Below, piece by piece: positions 24,090-37,247 of a DNA stretch of 64,000 nucleotides; positions within the stretch are counted from its first letter, which is position 1, and every line of letters starts with the position of its first letter. Origin of the DNA: Octopus sinensis (Eukaryota); assembly GCF_006345805.1 (NCBI RefSeq), contig NC_042998.1, positions 184,884,001 through 184,948,000 of the forward strand. The letters run 5' to 3'. The position numbers were made by a program, and so were the translations under genes. The notes beneath the pieces were generated by a model that worked only from the letters and a program-made list of their open reading frames with translations, was not told the DNA's origin and ran no database searches.

Positions 24090-24430
24090 CTCGATAAGTG
24101 TTCTTATAAGATTATTTTATGAATTGACCTTCATCTTCGATCGTTAACGTCTGCGTTAAATGATCCTCATTCATTTCTAATATCACCTGGATAATGGCGG
24201 CCTTCAGTGACGCAAGAGTATTTTGAGAAAGTTTATTAGTCTCCTATTCAACGACTCCAAACGCAGCAGTCCATGTTATTTAAATGCGGCACGTTTGAAG
24301 GCAAGTTCGGTGTATCATGAGCATAAAGATTGTTTGACATCCATTCTTGGGTTTGTGAGTGCAGGTTTTGTGAGAAGATATTTATTGAGTTTTGCTAAAA
24401 CACATATAGCCTTTCACTACTAACGTACTT
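24090..24430 (-). pseudogene. Tc1/mariner-superfamily (maT/DD37D-like) transposase C-terminal relic
   Basis: QEWMSNNLYAHDTPNLPSNVPHLNNMDCCVWS and NTLASLKAAIIQVILEMNEDHL resemble the decayed WPPNSPDLNPLD..VW region. A TIR-like cagggtg..ataagtttcc lies at about 24565-24590 (minus strand). Confidence 0.7.
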
Positions 24431-25904
24431 CATCTATCCAGGGCTAAATCACTGTCTCCAGTATCTCAACGTATCTAACTGCATTAATTATTAGACTCAG
24501 TGGAAGTAAGTGAAGTGGCATGGCCAAAATTTCATTACTCATCACTCCTAAAACCAATACAGTTGCTGGAAACTTATTATACACACCCTGGAAACATCAG
24601 AAGAATATGTATATAACCAGCTGTCATTTCTCCTGTTTAACTTTTAGTCTTGGTCGGAGTTTTTCTCATCAGACAAGAATCAAAGCAGAATAAATTTTAC
24701 AGTTAAAAAAACAACTACGATTAATAATTCTAAGGATAGCTTAACTTTAACCTAAACTGTTATGCAATATGAAAGATAGCATAAGCCATCTTTGATCACC
24801 GAAACCAAACTTACGTCACAAAATTAATATGAAATCAGGAGCCTTTAACTTATTTTTCAATTTAAAGACCGAAACTTACTCTCATTTAACATTAGACATC
24901 ATATTATTATGAAATAGACCGGGCTTATATTCGTGAAAATCAACTTAAGATGAACTAATGAAAATTCAAAATGAAAGCCGTGAATAATCAATACATATCT
25001 TGTACCTTTAAGTTAGTTAATCGATTCGCTTTGTGCAGTCTTAGCTATACAGCACTTGGCTTTTCCCACTTTTGTAGGAAAGGAATCATTTACATATTAA
25101 ATAATATAGAGATCTCATAACACTAATTAATCAAAATATATTATGAAAATATTTCATTGAGACATTTACTTCAGAAGTGATAATTTATACACTACGTTTT
25201 GATGAGGGTGGAAGTGAGGCTAACAGTTGGCGGTGTTATGAGATGCCATTCAAATACATCGATATTCTTCCCATATTCTTTCACTCCTTTCAATCAATAG
25301 ACTGTGGTAATGATGAAATAGTACTTTTAAGGGTATGATTGATCACATCGACTAAGTATCTCATTTGATTTTATTTATCGACATCGGAAGGATGAAAGTG
25401 GAAAGTCGGTCTTAGTGAAATTTTAACTCTGAACTTAGAGATGTAACTAAATACCACAAGGCATTTTATCCGATGCCCTATCGATTCTTCCAACCCCTAT
25501 TTTATATCTACCAACAACCTCCCTATAGATGATATATTTTTAAATGGAAAACTATATAACCACAGGGCTATCGCGCGATTCATGTTAGAAGATTTTAAAG
25601 ATTGTATTTGCTTAAATGTAGTATTTGATTTTCTTCCAACACTTAGAAAGATAATATCGTATTTGAGAAGGAATGTGTATTTATGTTAAGTAATTTAATT
25701 AGTATGAGGTACGCTTAAAGTGTATTTCGTGCTAATTACATTAGTACGATGTAAGCAATACATTTTAGTTACCACAAGCTAATGCAAGAAATTAAACTTC
25801 ATAGAAAAAGATGACGGCCCAGAGATACACACTCCATTACACGACTGAAATCTATTTTGCCTCATATTCACAATTCCCAAAAGTAGAAAAAGAATAAAAG
25901 CCAG

Positions 25905-26140
25905 AGCACTTTTTTACCCAGCGCGCGTAGCGAAAGCATGGTATTGTAATCACTTGCTTTGTCTGTTTGTCTGTGTGTTTGTAAAATTACTAGAAAACGG
26001 CAAAACGGATTTTCCCCAAATTTGGCAGAAATACTCAGCGGGTGAGTGGCCCAAAATGATGAGCATTTCGTTTGATTATCTTTAAGAAAAGATTTTCTCA
26101 ATCGAACTTACAAATTTCCCGATAAGCAGGCGGTCATATT
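25905..26140 (+). mobile_element. Helentron-associated non-autonomous (HINE/DINE-1-like) element
   Basis: Starts tttttacccagcgcgcg..., then gtattgtaatc and a gtctgtttgtctgt microsatellite, typical of this class. Confidence 0.5.
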
Positions 26141-26765
26141 ATTTTGCTCATTTTCTTTTTAATTTGGATCTACCAGTGTATTTATAGATCATGGGGTACT
26201 TATGCGCATAGACACGTGTGGGTACATACATACATACATACATACATACATACATACATACACACATACACACATACATACATACATACACACACACATG
26301 CATACATACATGCATATGCGAAGAGGCTACTACATGTACAAACATTTTAAACGCCAGAAAAAATTTTAAATGCCATGCGACCAACTGGAAAACATCATTC
26401 CCTGATCACTAGATAGATTAGCAGCACACTTGATATGCTGTTGCCACAAGCTGTCTCTTCAAATGAAGGTACACTTCAGATTCCTCTTGGTGATACCACA
26501 GCCTCTGGTCCTTCGTCGTTCCTACTGTTTTTCGCCAACATCAAATCCTACCCAAATATTTCACTCTACCTTTACACCAAGAACTGCAACCACATCATTT
26601 AAATTCTGTTCATGTTTTCTCAACTCGCTGAAATTCATACTAAATATTAACCACGCTAGTTTATGAAAACCTGTAAAGGCTATAGTCAGGGGACATCCTA
26701 CCTAAATTAAAAAGATAAAAGCAAGAAAAAGACAAGTAATTGATAGAGAGACTGGTTGATTGATT

Positions 26766-26830
<65 letters not shown>

Positions 26831-26831
26831 G

Positions 26832-26862
<31 letters not shown>

Positions 26863-26871
26863 GTAGGTAGG

Positions 26872-26937
<66 letters not shown>

Positions 26938-28581
26938 CACCGGTAGGAGGATAGGAAAATAAAAATATAAATCATAGATCGTAATTAGGGGTAAAAAGAA
27001 AAAAGCAACCACACCACTGAAATGATTGGACCAACTTATATAAAGTTAATTTATAAACGCATGCTTGCCCGCAAATCTGTCTAAACACTGGGATTGATTC
27101 CAGCTCTCTGATCGTTTTATCAATATAAACATAAACAAGCAGAAATTACCACCATCCATTAATTAAAGCACGCTTTTATATATGAGAATTTATTGAACTT
27201 ATTAGAGTGATATTTGCAGAGAGAATATATTAGAATCATTATAGTGGTGCGTTAAAAATCGATTGTAAATTAAAGATAAGATCAGAGCTTATTGAAAAAT
27301 ATTACTTCGTTACCCTATCAACCGTACGTATATACATTCAAACACACACACACACACACACACATACACCACACACACACACACATACACACATACATAC
27401 AGAAACACATACACATACACACACACACGCACGTACCAACACACAAACACACTCACGTCTATGTGTGCATATTTAAATATATACATACAAACATACATAC
27501 GTACATACATACATACATACACACACACGCACACTCCTATATGCACACACAGATACGTAATTAGACACGTGTACATATATTTATGCAATATAATTATACA
27601 ATTTACCATATGTATACATATTATATAAATATTATAGACGTATGTATATGAAACACGTACACACACAGACACAGATAGAGAGAGGGAGAGAGAGAGAGAG
27701 AAGGAGGGAGAGAGAGAGAGGGAGGGAAGGAGGGAGAAAGGGGGGATGGAGAGGGAGGGAGGGAGAGAGAGGGTTTCATCTGGTATTTCACATACAGATA
27801 TGCTATAGAGATTCGTTATGTATATACTAATAGGTACACACGGCAAATAAACTAGTACACAGAGACGTGCGACCACACAAACACGCGCACGTACACTAGC
27901 ATATATGTGTGTGTCTATAAGTATGTGTCAGTCTGTGTGTATGTGTGCGCGCATATGTATGTATGTACGCACAGAGAGCACTTCAACTTGACTAGTTAAC
28001 TGGTATCTCTTAGTGAATCATCGAACAGGTTTATTCCAGTTTGTTGATATATTTTCGAATGGGACAGCATGAATACCAAGTGTTAAGAATCGGGTGGTAG
28101 TACTAGTGATGAAGATGCTAGCTCTATTAATTATGCTGCTTCATCGGATATACACACATACACACAACACACCCCGCACAAAAATACATGTATGTAAGAT
28201 TGTATATATGTATATTCATAAACATACGTGTGCATATATTTATATATCGCATATCACACACACACACACACGCGCGCGCGCGCACGCACACATTTATGTA
28301 TGTTGTATTATGTATTATGAGCACATGGTATTGACAGACGCCCAACAAAGCAGAAATGTGCACCTAACATTCTCACCCGCTACTGGCGGGAGAATTTTCG
28401 TCTGTCTCTGATATATACTGTGCTTTTTTAAATAAAGCACGTTCGTAAGAGATATTATCTCCGGATAAATTCTGCGGTAAATTTGTGTTTTGAGATGTAT
28501 TTATATTTACTATGGTACACAGATGGCTATTTTAATCTATTAGATTGTCTTAGTTAAAACGAACACATACATACATATAAT

Positions 28582-28624
<43 letters not shown>

Positions 28625-28863
28625 TCATAACATATATATGCGTACATGTCTGTGTTTGTGTGTGCCTGTCATTGCTTATCTCTGTTTGTGTGCGTGTGTA
28701 TGCGTGTGTGTGTGTGTGTGAGTGTGTGTGAGTTTGTGTGTGCGTGTGTACGTGCGTGCGTGTGTGTGTGTGAGTGTGTGCGTGTGTGTGTGTAAACTGG
28801 TTGAAGCTAAAGGTATGTTAATCATATAGCTGATCAGGCTATATAATTATAATATCGGCCAAG

Positions 28864-29070
28864 GCGGCGAGCTGGCAGAATCATTAGCACGCTGGGCGAA
28901 ATGCTTAACGGCATTTCGTCTGCCGCTACGTTATGAGTTCAAATTCCGCCGAGGTCGACCTTGCCTTTTATCCTTTCGGGGTAAATGAAGTACCAGCTGA
29001 GTACTGGTGTCGATGTAATCGACCAGTCCTCCAAATTCGAGGCTTTGTGCTTCCAGTAGAAAGGATTATT
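28864..29070 (+). mobile_element. SINE family A monomer
   Basis: ggcggcgagctggcagaatcattagcacg...gccttttatcctttcgggg...gtagaaagg. Confidence 0.85.
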
Positions 29071-29285
29071 ATTATACCAGCCGGTGATATATGATTATTA
29101 GGCTATATGATTATTACATCATCGCTAGGAGTTCGTTTCCCTAGTATGTAGCGCAACGTAATTTCAAAGCGTGGTTTGTCCCTCTCGGACAAAGGAGGAT
29201 TTCAATAGCGCGGTAAAACCTAACGAAATAATCAGAGATTCTGCTCCATAAGTCAACCTATTTTGCAATTGGACGGTGTTCATAC

Positions 29286-29497
29286 CTGTCCAGTTGTACA
29301 TCCACCTGTATTGAAGCATTGAGACGGTTGTATAGATTCTAGACATGGATAACCTCTTTTGGAGAAAGTGGGCCGCATGAGACAGGCGCGTAGCACTACT
29401 TCAAGGTAATTTTTCATACCATTCAGAAAGTCCCGCAGGAAGCAATTTACCTTGACTGAGACCATTGCTTCTCTATGGGGTGAGGGAGCTGTGAAGA
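29286..29497 (-). CDS. Candidate 212-nt coding exon (alternatively a heavily decayed RT remnant)
   Basis: Acceptor ccttcttttcag|, donor cag|gtatga, and a single open frame of 70 codons: FTAPSPHREAMVSVKVNCFLRDFLNGMKNYLEVVLRACLMRPTFSKRGYPCLESIQPSQCFNTGGCTTGQ. Confidence 0.35.
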
Positions 29498-30095
29498 CTG
29501 AAAAGAAGGCTGGGAATTTTCTGTTTAATAAAGTTAAGTTGGTTTTAAAATTTTAAACTTGTCTAATATTATGGCGAAGAAAGAAAAATTATATTAATGG
29601 CTTAACAATCTTCTCATTAGTACAGAGAGTAGAGCAATATTATGGGAGATGGGTTTAGTATTTATCAGTCTGAGATGTACTGATTTGGCTATAGAAAATA
29701 GTGTGGAACACCGCAGACACGATATCAACGAATCAAAAACCGGCTACATCTCTCTCTCCCTCTGTTCCTTTTCTCTTTCTTTTTCTCACTCATATATACT
29801 CATAGAAAGCGTACACACACACACCACACACACACACACACACACTTATTGATATTTATAGATGGTGAAAAGGAGAGGTGGAGGGAGGAAGAAGGAGACT
29901 AACACGGAAATCTTTTATAACTCTTTAAAATAACAAGGGACCATCGGGCCGTGATATGAACACCAGTTTTTCAGTCTGTTCAATGACTGAGTGTAGCCAA
30001 ACACCCGCTACAACTATTTCACACATAAGTTTATTCAGGATAATCACACCCGTAACATTTGTTTTATTTAGACATCTAAAGCAAAACCACTAGAC

Positions 30096-30339
30096 CAGTG
30101 CTTTTCAACCAGAGTCCCCATGACCCTTGCCGGTCCATATAAAATTTTGCTGTTAAAATGTATGCTTTTACTTCTAGAATACACAAAATATCTTAATTTT
30201 TTTAAATACAATTCCTAGTAATATTTGATTATAAAAATATAACAGGATTTTTCAAAAAAATCGAATGACTATGGGAGTCCACCTCAGTGAAATAAGAATC
30301 AAAGGGGTTTATAGGGAAAAGAACGATTGAGAACCACTG
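30096..30339. mobile_element. hAT (Charlie-like) MITE
   Basis: Ends cagtgcttttcaacc / gattgagaaccactg; the 8-bp flanks are only partly alike. Confidence 0.7.
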
Positions 30340-30631
30340 GGCTTAGATTGAGAACTACTGATCAATGATAATAAAGTGTTTAAAGATTTGCTGTTGCAGA
30401 ATATATGAACGGAAGTGAAATACTGAATCCAAGGAAACTGACGAGGGTCTACGGTGGTAAGAATAAATCAAAAAGGAGAAATTGTTGGTTGTCATATAAT
30501 CCAAATTCCAGGAGCAGGAGAACGGTCTACAGTTTGGAGCTGTTGCTTTATAGAAGAGAGTTGAAAATGATCATGGAGTGTTTGCCTAACTGAGTCAGGT
30601 GATATTCACTTCCTATACAGTTTGTCAAGAG

Positions 30632-31051
30632 AATAGGCGGCGAGCTGGCAGAAACGTTAGCGCGCCGGGCGAAATACTTAGCGGTATTTCGTCTGTCGTT
30701 ACGTTCGGAGTTCAAATTCCGCCGAGGTCGACTTTGCCTTTCATCCTTTCGGGGTCGATAAATTAAGTACCAGTTACGCACTGGGGTCGATGTAATCGAC
30801 TTAATACCTATGTCTGTCCTTGTTTGTCCCCTCTATGTTTAGCCCCTTGTGGGTAATAAAGAAATAGGTAATTCGTCTGTCGTTACGTTCTGAGTTTAAA
30901 TTCCGCCGAGGTCGACTTTGCCTTTCATCCTTTAGGGGTCGATAAATAAAGTACCAGTTTCGCACTGGGGGTCGATGTAATCGACTTAATCCGTTTGTCG
31001 TCCTTGTTTGTCCCCTCTATATTTAGCCCCCTTGTGGGCAGTAAAGAAATA
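30632..31051 (+). mobile_element. SINE family A dimer with perfect 18-bp TSD
   Basis: tatacagtttgtcaagag at 30614-30631 and 31052-31069. Confidence 0.95.
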
Positions 31052-31328
31052 TATACAGTTTGTCAAGAGCAAAAATTTTTGTTTTCTTTTAATATCTGTT
31101 GTATAACAGTAGCCCGAAACTTTAAACTTCTAACTACCCATAACAGATAAATTATTCAACATTTCACGAAATCTCTCCGGGTATATTCCAAGATATCACG
31201 TCAGTCATTCGGCTACTCAATCTCCTTCCCTTTCTCTCTCGTTCTTTCCCAATTCTTTCTCTTCCCTTTTCTCTATCTTTCTCTGTCTCTGTTCGCCTGT
31301 CTTTCACCTCTCTGTCTCCCTCTCTCCC

Positions 31329-31392
<64 letters not shown>

Positions 31393-31935
31393 CGTCACTT
31401 TGTCTTCTCTTCCTTTACTTCCCATTGTTTGTTGTGTGTGTTGTATACATAAGTGTATGGTATGTTTGAGTGCATGCAGTGTGTATGTGCGTGCTTCTAT
31501 GTCGTGCGTATATTCTCTGTGCAAGTGTGTGTGTAGGTGTTGTGCGTATTCGTGCGTAAGTGCGATAGTTAAAATATTTCATACTATCCCTTTGAAGTAA
31601 TAAAACGAGGAATCTTTACATTACATTGTTGTGACTCAAGCAATGTCTGGTTATGAAGCGGTGTGAATATACACAGATTATATAATGCTATGCACTGTAC
31701 AACCTCCCAGCATTTTGGTAAACAATATTTTACTTCATTAGTCCACCATAGGTTAATAATTAGAATCTCTGTATGTCGCTTATTATACTATACTGACAGA
31801 ATACATGGCCCAATTGACTATTTATGTCTGGGAAGCAATCCCAAACTTGAAAACGTTACATTTTTCATACCCACCCAAGTATTTAGAACAAAGTGGACAC
31901 CTCACTACTTCGAAGCAACAATAACTCTCTGTGGA

Positions 31936-32112
31936 GGCGCAATGGCCCAGTGGTTAGGGCAGCGGACTCGCGGTCGTAAGAATGCGGTTTCGATTCCCAA
32001 ATCGGGCATCGTGAGTGTTTATTGAGCAAAAGCACATAAGCTCCACGAGGCTCCGATAGGGGAGGGTGGTGAACCCTTCTGTACTCTTTCACCACAACTT
32101 TCTCTCACTCTT
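31936..32112 (+). mobile_element. SINE family C, 5' half
   Basis: Matches 5267-5445. Confidence 0.85.
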
Positions 32113-32614
32113 TCTTCTAACTTCTGCTACAAAGCAGAGCAACCATGGTGTAACCGACTATGGTGTGGTAAACTTTCAGACCCTAGTCTAGATTGCGAAT
32201 CCTCTGTACCCCAGGATAGTTCAGCTCTCCACCCGTTAAAAGCCACCGTTTACGGAATGAGGATAACAACGTAGCTTAGTAGCTTAGAGTAGGCTCGAAT
32301 TAGAGATTATTCTTTGTGGCTAATGGCGGGAGTCCTGATTGAAAGAAGAAGAAGAAGTCAACTCTCTTCATTTCTCTCCCTCCCTCTCTCTCTAGTGGTT
32401 CAGTTTGATAGAAAAAAAACAGAGATATCTTCCATTAATCAAACGCTACTACATATTTTATTTCTTTCAAGTTTTAGAAAGGAAAACAACACATTGGACA
32501 ATGTTACTCAAGATGAAAAAATTATGATAGTCAAGGCTGGATTGTCATTGATCAAAGTTCTCCATCAGAGTTCATTCCGGACAAACCACAAACCATGATA
32601 ACCTTTTCTAATAT

Positions 32615-32790
32615 AGGCACAAAAACTGAAATTTCAGTAGGAGAGGGTTATGTCGATGACATCGGCTCCAGTGATCAACTGGTACTTATTCTATCGATCC
32701 TGAAAGGATGAAAGGCAAAGTTGACATCGGCGGGAGGAAAAGCCGCTAAGCATTTTGTATGTTGTGCTAACGATTCCGTCAGCTCGCCGT
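32615..32790 (-). mobile_element. SINE family A, decayed
   Basis: aactggtacttattctatcgatcctgaaaggatgaaaggcaaagttgac...gtcagctcgccg. Confidence 0.8.
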
Positions 32791-32914
32791 CTCAGACTAA
32801 GTAGTTATAATAATGCGAATTTTTAAAACTGGCTCAGCTTTTAAGGGCACTAGTTCATAAACGATGCAACACCGCTAGGGACATCCAGGTGCGTCATGGC
32901 ACATATATATATAT

Positions 32915-33075
32915 ATATTTCCTCTGTCTTCCCTTCTCCTATGTTTCCGACGAAGAGCTCCGCTCGAAACGTTAAACCCTCCTTCCCTTCTTTCCTGAGC
33001 GTCCAATAATACTATATTTGTTCCACGTCCTCGCGTTGTTGTGTTTTTTTTTGTGTTTTCTTGTTTGGATTAACT
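32915..33075 (+). mobile_element. Penelope-like terminal-repeat remnant with minimal hammerhead motif (32943-32977)
   Basis: gttt-CCGACGA-agagc-tcc-gctc-GAAA-cg-T-T-aaac, then ttcctgagcgt as in the 10380-10550 copy. Confidence 0.6.
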
Positions 33076-33095
33076 TTATATATATATATATATAT

Positions 33096-33976
33096 CGGTC
33101 AGGCACAACAACAACAACAACAGCCACAGCAACAAGAACAACAACAGCCACTCCTCAACTCTAGCTTACTAGACGATTCACTAAATGCCAGTATCTTTTC
33201 ACCGCTCTCACAGCAACCACCACAATTATCATCATCATCATCACCACCGCTGCCACCATCGTCTTCTATCACCAAAAATACCGACAGAAAACCAAATAAG
33301 AAACCACTGCCCTCTTCCCCCACATCACCACCTCAATACTACTGCAGTAACAAAAACTTAAAGAAACATAGGAAGCAGAATGCGCCCCCCACGGCACAAA
33401 CAAGAAATCCCCAAATATGCCGCTATTCACTGCGCCAGAGACTCTGCACAAATAGTGACTGCATCTTCACGCATCTACCCGGCACTAGACGCACTACCGG
33501 CCAAGGCCAAAGCACGCATCCCACAATAACATCAACACCACCAAATAGTAAATCGAAATTCAAAACACACACAACTCGGAGTCCCAAAATCTGCCGGTAT
33601 TCCCAACGTGAGAGAACATGTCTACTGAGTGACTGTCCCTTCACTCATCTTCCAGGGACCCGACGCACAAACAGAAACGGGGCCTCAAGCCAACACACAA
33701 ACCTGAATAACAATAAAAATAGAAACACACCATGCTGCAGTAATGCTGGTCCATTCTTTTCAGGAAGACACAAAAACAACACAACAAAAGTGGAAACTAC
33801 AACCCTATCCAACAGTGCAACCACACCTCCAGCCAAAACTGCTCCCTAAGCAGGAAAATTCTTTTTTAGCCATGTTGAACATGGCAAAAGAGATACACAA
33901 AAACATTCTAGCCATCACTCAACACCATCCTATGCTATTACCCCAGTGCACCAATTCCCCACATTGCTGCCACTAA
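33096..33976 (+). pseudogene. LINE ORF1 remnant with two CCCH zinc fingers
   Basis: CRYSLRQRLCTNSDCIFTH and CRYSQRERTCLLSDCPFTH (C-x8-C-x4-C-x3-H). An apparent +1 frameshift near 33845 rejoins SFLAMLNMAKEIHK. Confidence 0.8.
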
Positions 33977-36917
33977 CACACACAAAAAATCCAAGCCCCC
34001 TGCAACAGTCAAAACCAGCCACTACACTAACCTCCACATTCCTACTCAATGCACAAGGTGTCAGCCCTTCCATCAATGCACAAAAATGGAAGGTCCAATT
34101 CATTGAAGACTGGGTTGGTAACCATTCACACCACATCCCTTTCTTCATTCTCACTGAGACCCACCTTGACAACTCCCACTTGGAAGCCGAAGTGAGAGTG
34201 AAGAATTTCACAACCATCCATTTTCCTGCATGATTCATTTACGGCAGATGGAAATAGTATATTCTCCAATGGCTACTGTGAATCAGTCACCGTGCACAAC
34301 AAAGCCAATGACCTGACAGTAATTGGGCTCTATAGGCCGCCCCAAACACCCATACTGTGCTTTAAAGAATGCCTCAACAGCATTAAGTGCTTTATTCAAC
34401 AGTGCCATTCTAGCAACATACTCATGATGGGAGACTTCAATCTACCCTGTGTTGACTGGACTACAAACTGTTTGAAACCAAGCACTCCCACCTCAACCGC
34501 TGACAAAGAAGCAGCAGAGTCACTTTTCGACTTTACGAATGAGTTTTTCTTGTCCCAACTTGTCCTTGCACCAACAAGACATCAGAACATTTTGGACCTA
34601 GTGTTTAGTAACCACACTAACACTATACATAACGTTACAGTGGAAAAAACCCTTCTTTCAGACCATGACATGGTTCTCTGTAACATAAAATTCCACCAGC
34701 CGAAAGCTAATCCTAGTGACCTTCCTCCAGCCCACCCATTTGACAACATGGATCTCCATAAAGCCAACTGGGATGCAATCAGGAACGAGCTATCAAATGT
34801 TGACTGGTCCTTTACACATACACACATCTCCACCAACCATAAAACATCTTGGCAGATCTTTGTAGACACCGTCACAGACATATGTGCAAAACACTCCCCA
34901 CCAAGACCTGTGAACAAAAAGTGCAGAATCCCCCAAAACAGAAAAACCATTATCAGAAAAATAAAAAGAACAAACAAAAAAATTAACAAACTAAAGTACT
35001 GCCAACAGCAACACACACATTCGACGGCTATCGCACTGCTTGAATCCAAAAAATATAACCTCCAACAATGCATGAAGACCCTCATCAATAACCAAAGATC
35101 AGCTGAGGAGAAGTGGGCCATTGAAAAAATCAAACTCAACCCCAAAGTGTTCTTTTCATTTGCGAGGAAACGCAGGGTCACTGTCTCCACTGTAGGCCCT
35201 CTAATTGACGAAACTGGCACTCTCCAAGATAATGCCAAATCCATGGCCGAGATACTGCAGAAACAATACTGCTCTGTTTTCAGCAATCCTGATATGGCCG
35301 ATCTGGGCTGTATCAGTGATGTCAACCCCCAACACACTATATCGGACATAACGTTTAGTGCCCCTGATGTCTTAGCGGCGATAAACGAAATAAAACACAA
35401 TTCAGCAGTAGGCCCCGATAGGTTCCCTGCTTGTGTCCTGAAGGTGTGTCGACACCAACTTGCATCTCCCCTTGCTAATCTGTGGAGAAACTCACTGGAT
35501 GCTGGCTATATTCCAAAAAACCTTCTGTCCCAGTTTTCAAAAAGGGAAACAAGTCCCTTGCAGTGAATTACCGTCCGATCATATCATTAAGGTATTTGAG
35601 AGGGTGGTGAGATCTCGAATAACCCAATTTCTGGAAAGCAACAGACGGCTGATCTCCAACCAACATGGGTTCCGTAATGGAAGGGACTGCCTAACGCAGC
35701 TCCTGCATCACTTTGAGGACATTTTGAGAGCTTTGGGAGAGGGCTCCAACACCGATGTCATCTACCTTGATTTCAGTAAGGCCTTCGACAGGGTCGATCA
35801 CAAGATCCTATTGAAAAAACTATCCAACATTGGTGTCTCTGGAAAGTTACTGAAATGGATTAAGTGTTTCCTGACAGACAGATCTCAACATGTTGTAGTT
35901 GAAGGGGTAAAATCAAGCCCAGCCAAAGTCAGTAGTGGCGTTCCGCAAGGCACTGTGCTGGGCCCACTTCTTTTCATCATTTACATTAATGACATTAATG
36001 ACATCATCAAGCACAGCAACATAAAAATCTTTGCAGATGACTCCAAGCTACAGAAGGTCATAAATGAGGCGAGTGACCGGACATGCCTTCAGTCAGATCT
36101 ACTGGCTGTTATCCAATGGGCAGAAAAAAACAATATGCTGCTGAACGAGGATAAATTTGAGCTAATCCACTTTGGAAAAGAGGATGCCCTGAAACTCCCA
36201 TACTCCCTTCCTTCAGGTGAAACTCTCGCGGCGTCCAACAACATCAGAGACTTGGGAGTAATTGTGGACAACAACGTAAGCTGGGCCACTCATATAAACA
36301 CCAAAGTTGACATGGCCCGCAGAATGTGTTCCTGGATTCTCAGAACTTTCCAGTCGAGAGATATCCACACCATTATCCTTCTCTTCTCCACTTTTGCCCG
36401 ACCCCACCTTGAATACTGTTGTCCACTGTGGTCTCCCCACACAATACAAGGTATCATAAAAGTTGAAGCACCTCAAAGGGCAATCACAAAAAAGATAGAT
36501 GGCATGACAGGCCTCGACTATTGGGGTCGGCTAGAAAAGCTAAAACTCTATTCTCTCCAACGTCGTCGTGAGCGCTACATCATCTGCATGATGTGGAAAA
36601 TATTCCATCAGCATTGCCCAAATGATGTTGGCATCACCTTTAAGGTACATCCAAGGCTTGGGCCCCGTGCCATCCGCCCAAAACAAAAATCGCACTCTCA
36701 TCTCATAACAACAATACGGCACAATTATTTCACCTCAATTGGCCCCGCTCTCTTTAACATTACACCAAAACACATTAAAACAGAAACTGACCCTATAGCG
36801 TTCAAGAAGTCTTTGGACAGATTCCTTCAAGAAATCCCGGATAAACCCCCTACACCCGGATATGTCTCTGTAAACAATAACTCTCTACTTGAGTGGGCCA
36901 TAGTGCCCAAATTCTGA
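33946..36917 (+). pseudogene. LINE ORF2: AP endonuclease plus reverse transcriptase, frameshifted
   Basis: APE motifs LLNAQG, LTETHL, YRPP, MGDFN, LDLVF, SDH. RT motifs YLDFSKAFD, GVPQGTVLGPLLF, FADD, DLGV. Breaks near 34230 and 35525-35580. Confidence 0.92.
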
Positions 36918-36989
36918 CTTGAAAGACTTCACCAGGTGGTGCTATTAAGTTAGACATGGCCTGGGCCAATAATGACCGAAACCTATCAA

Positions 36990-37076
<87 letters not shown>

Positions 37077-37189
37077 TAGATATATACGTATATATATGTA
37101 TACATGTATATGTATATATGCATATGTATATAAACATCCATATACATGTGCATATATATGTACCTGTGGTTGTATGTGTGTATATATAT

Positions 37190-37247
<58 letters not shown>

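Larger units (their letters stand above)
33096..36990 (+). mobile_element. CR1-group LINE, 5'-truncated, inserted between (TA)n arrays
   Basis: Contiguous ORF1 remnant, APE, RT and a short 3' UTR ending gaaacctatcaag; (TA)n on both sides. Confidence 0.95.

Noticed and set aside
26400-26660. Possible decayed CR1/L2 RT fragment (also an L1/Tx1-like trace at about 53200-53600)
   Set aside because: Only faint motif echoes across frameshifts; not supportable without alignment.
34582-35400. 272-aa antisense ORF inside the LINE
   Set aside because: It is the shadow frame of ORF2 codon usage and has no independent motif.
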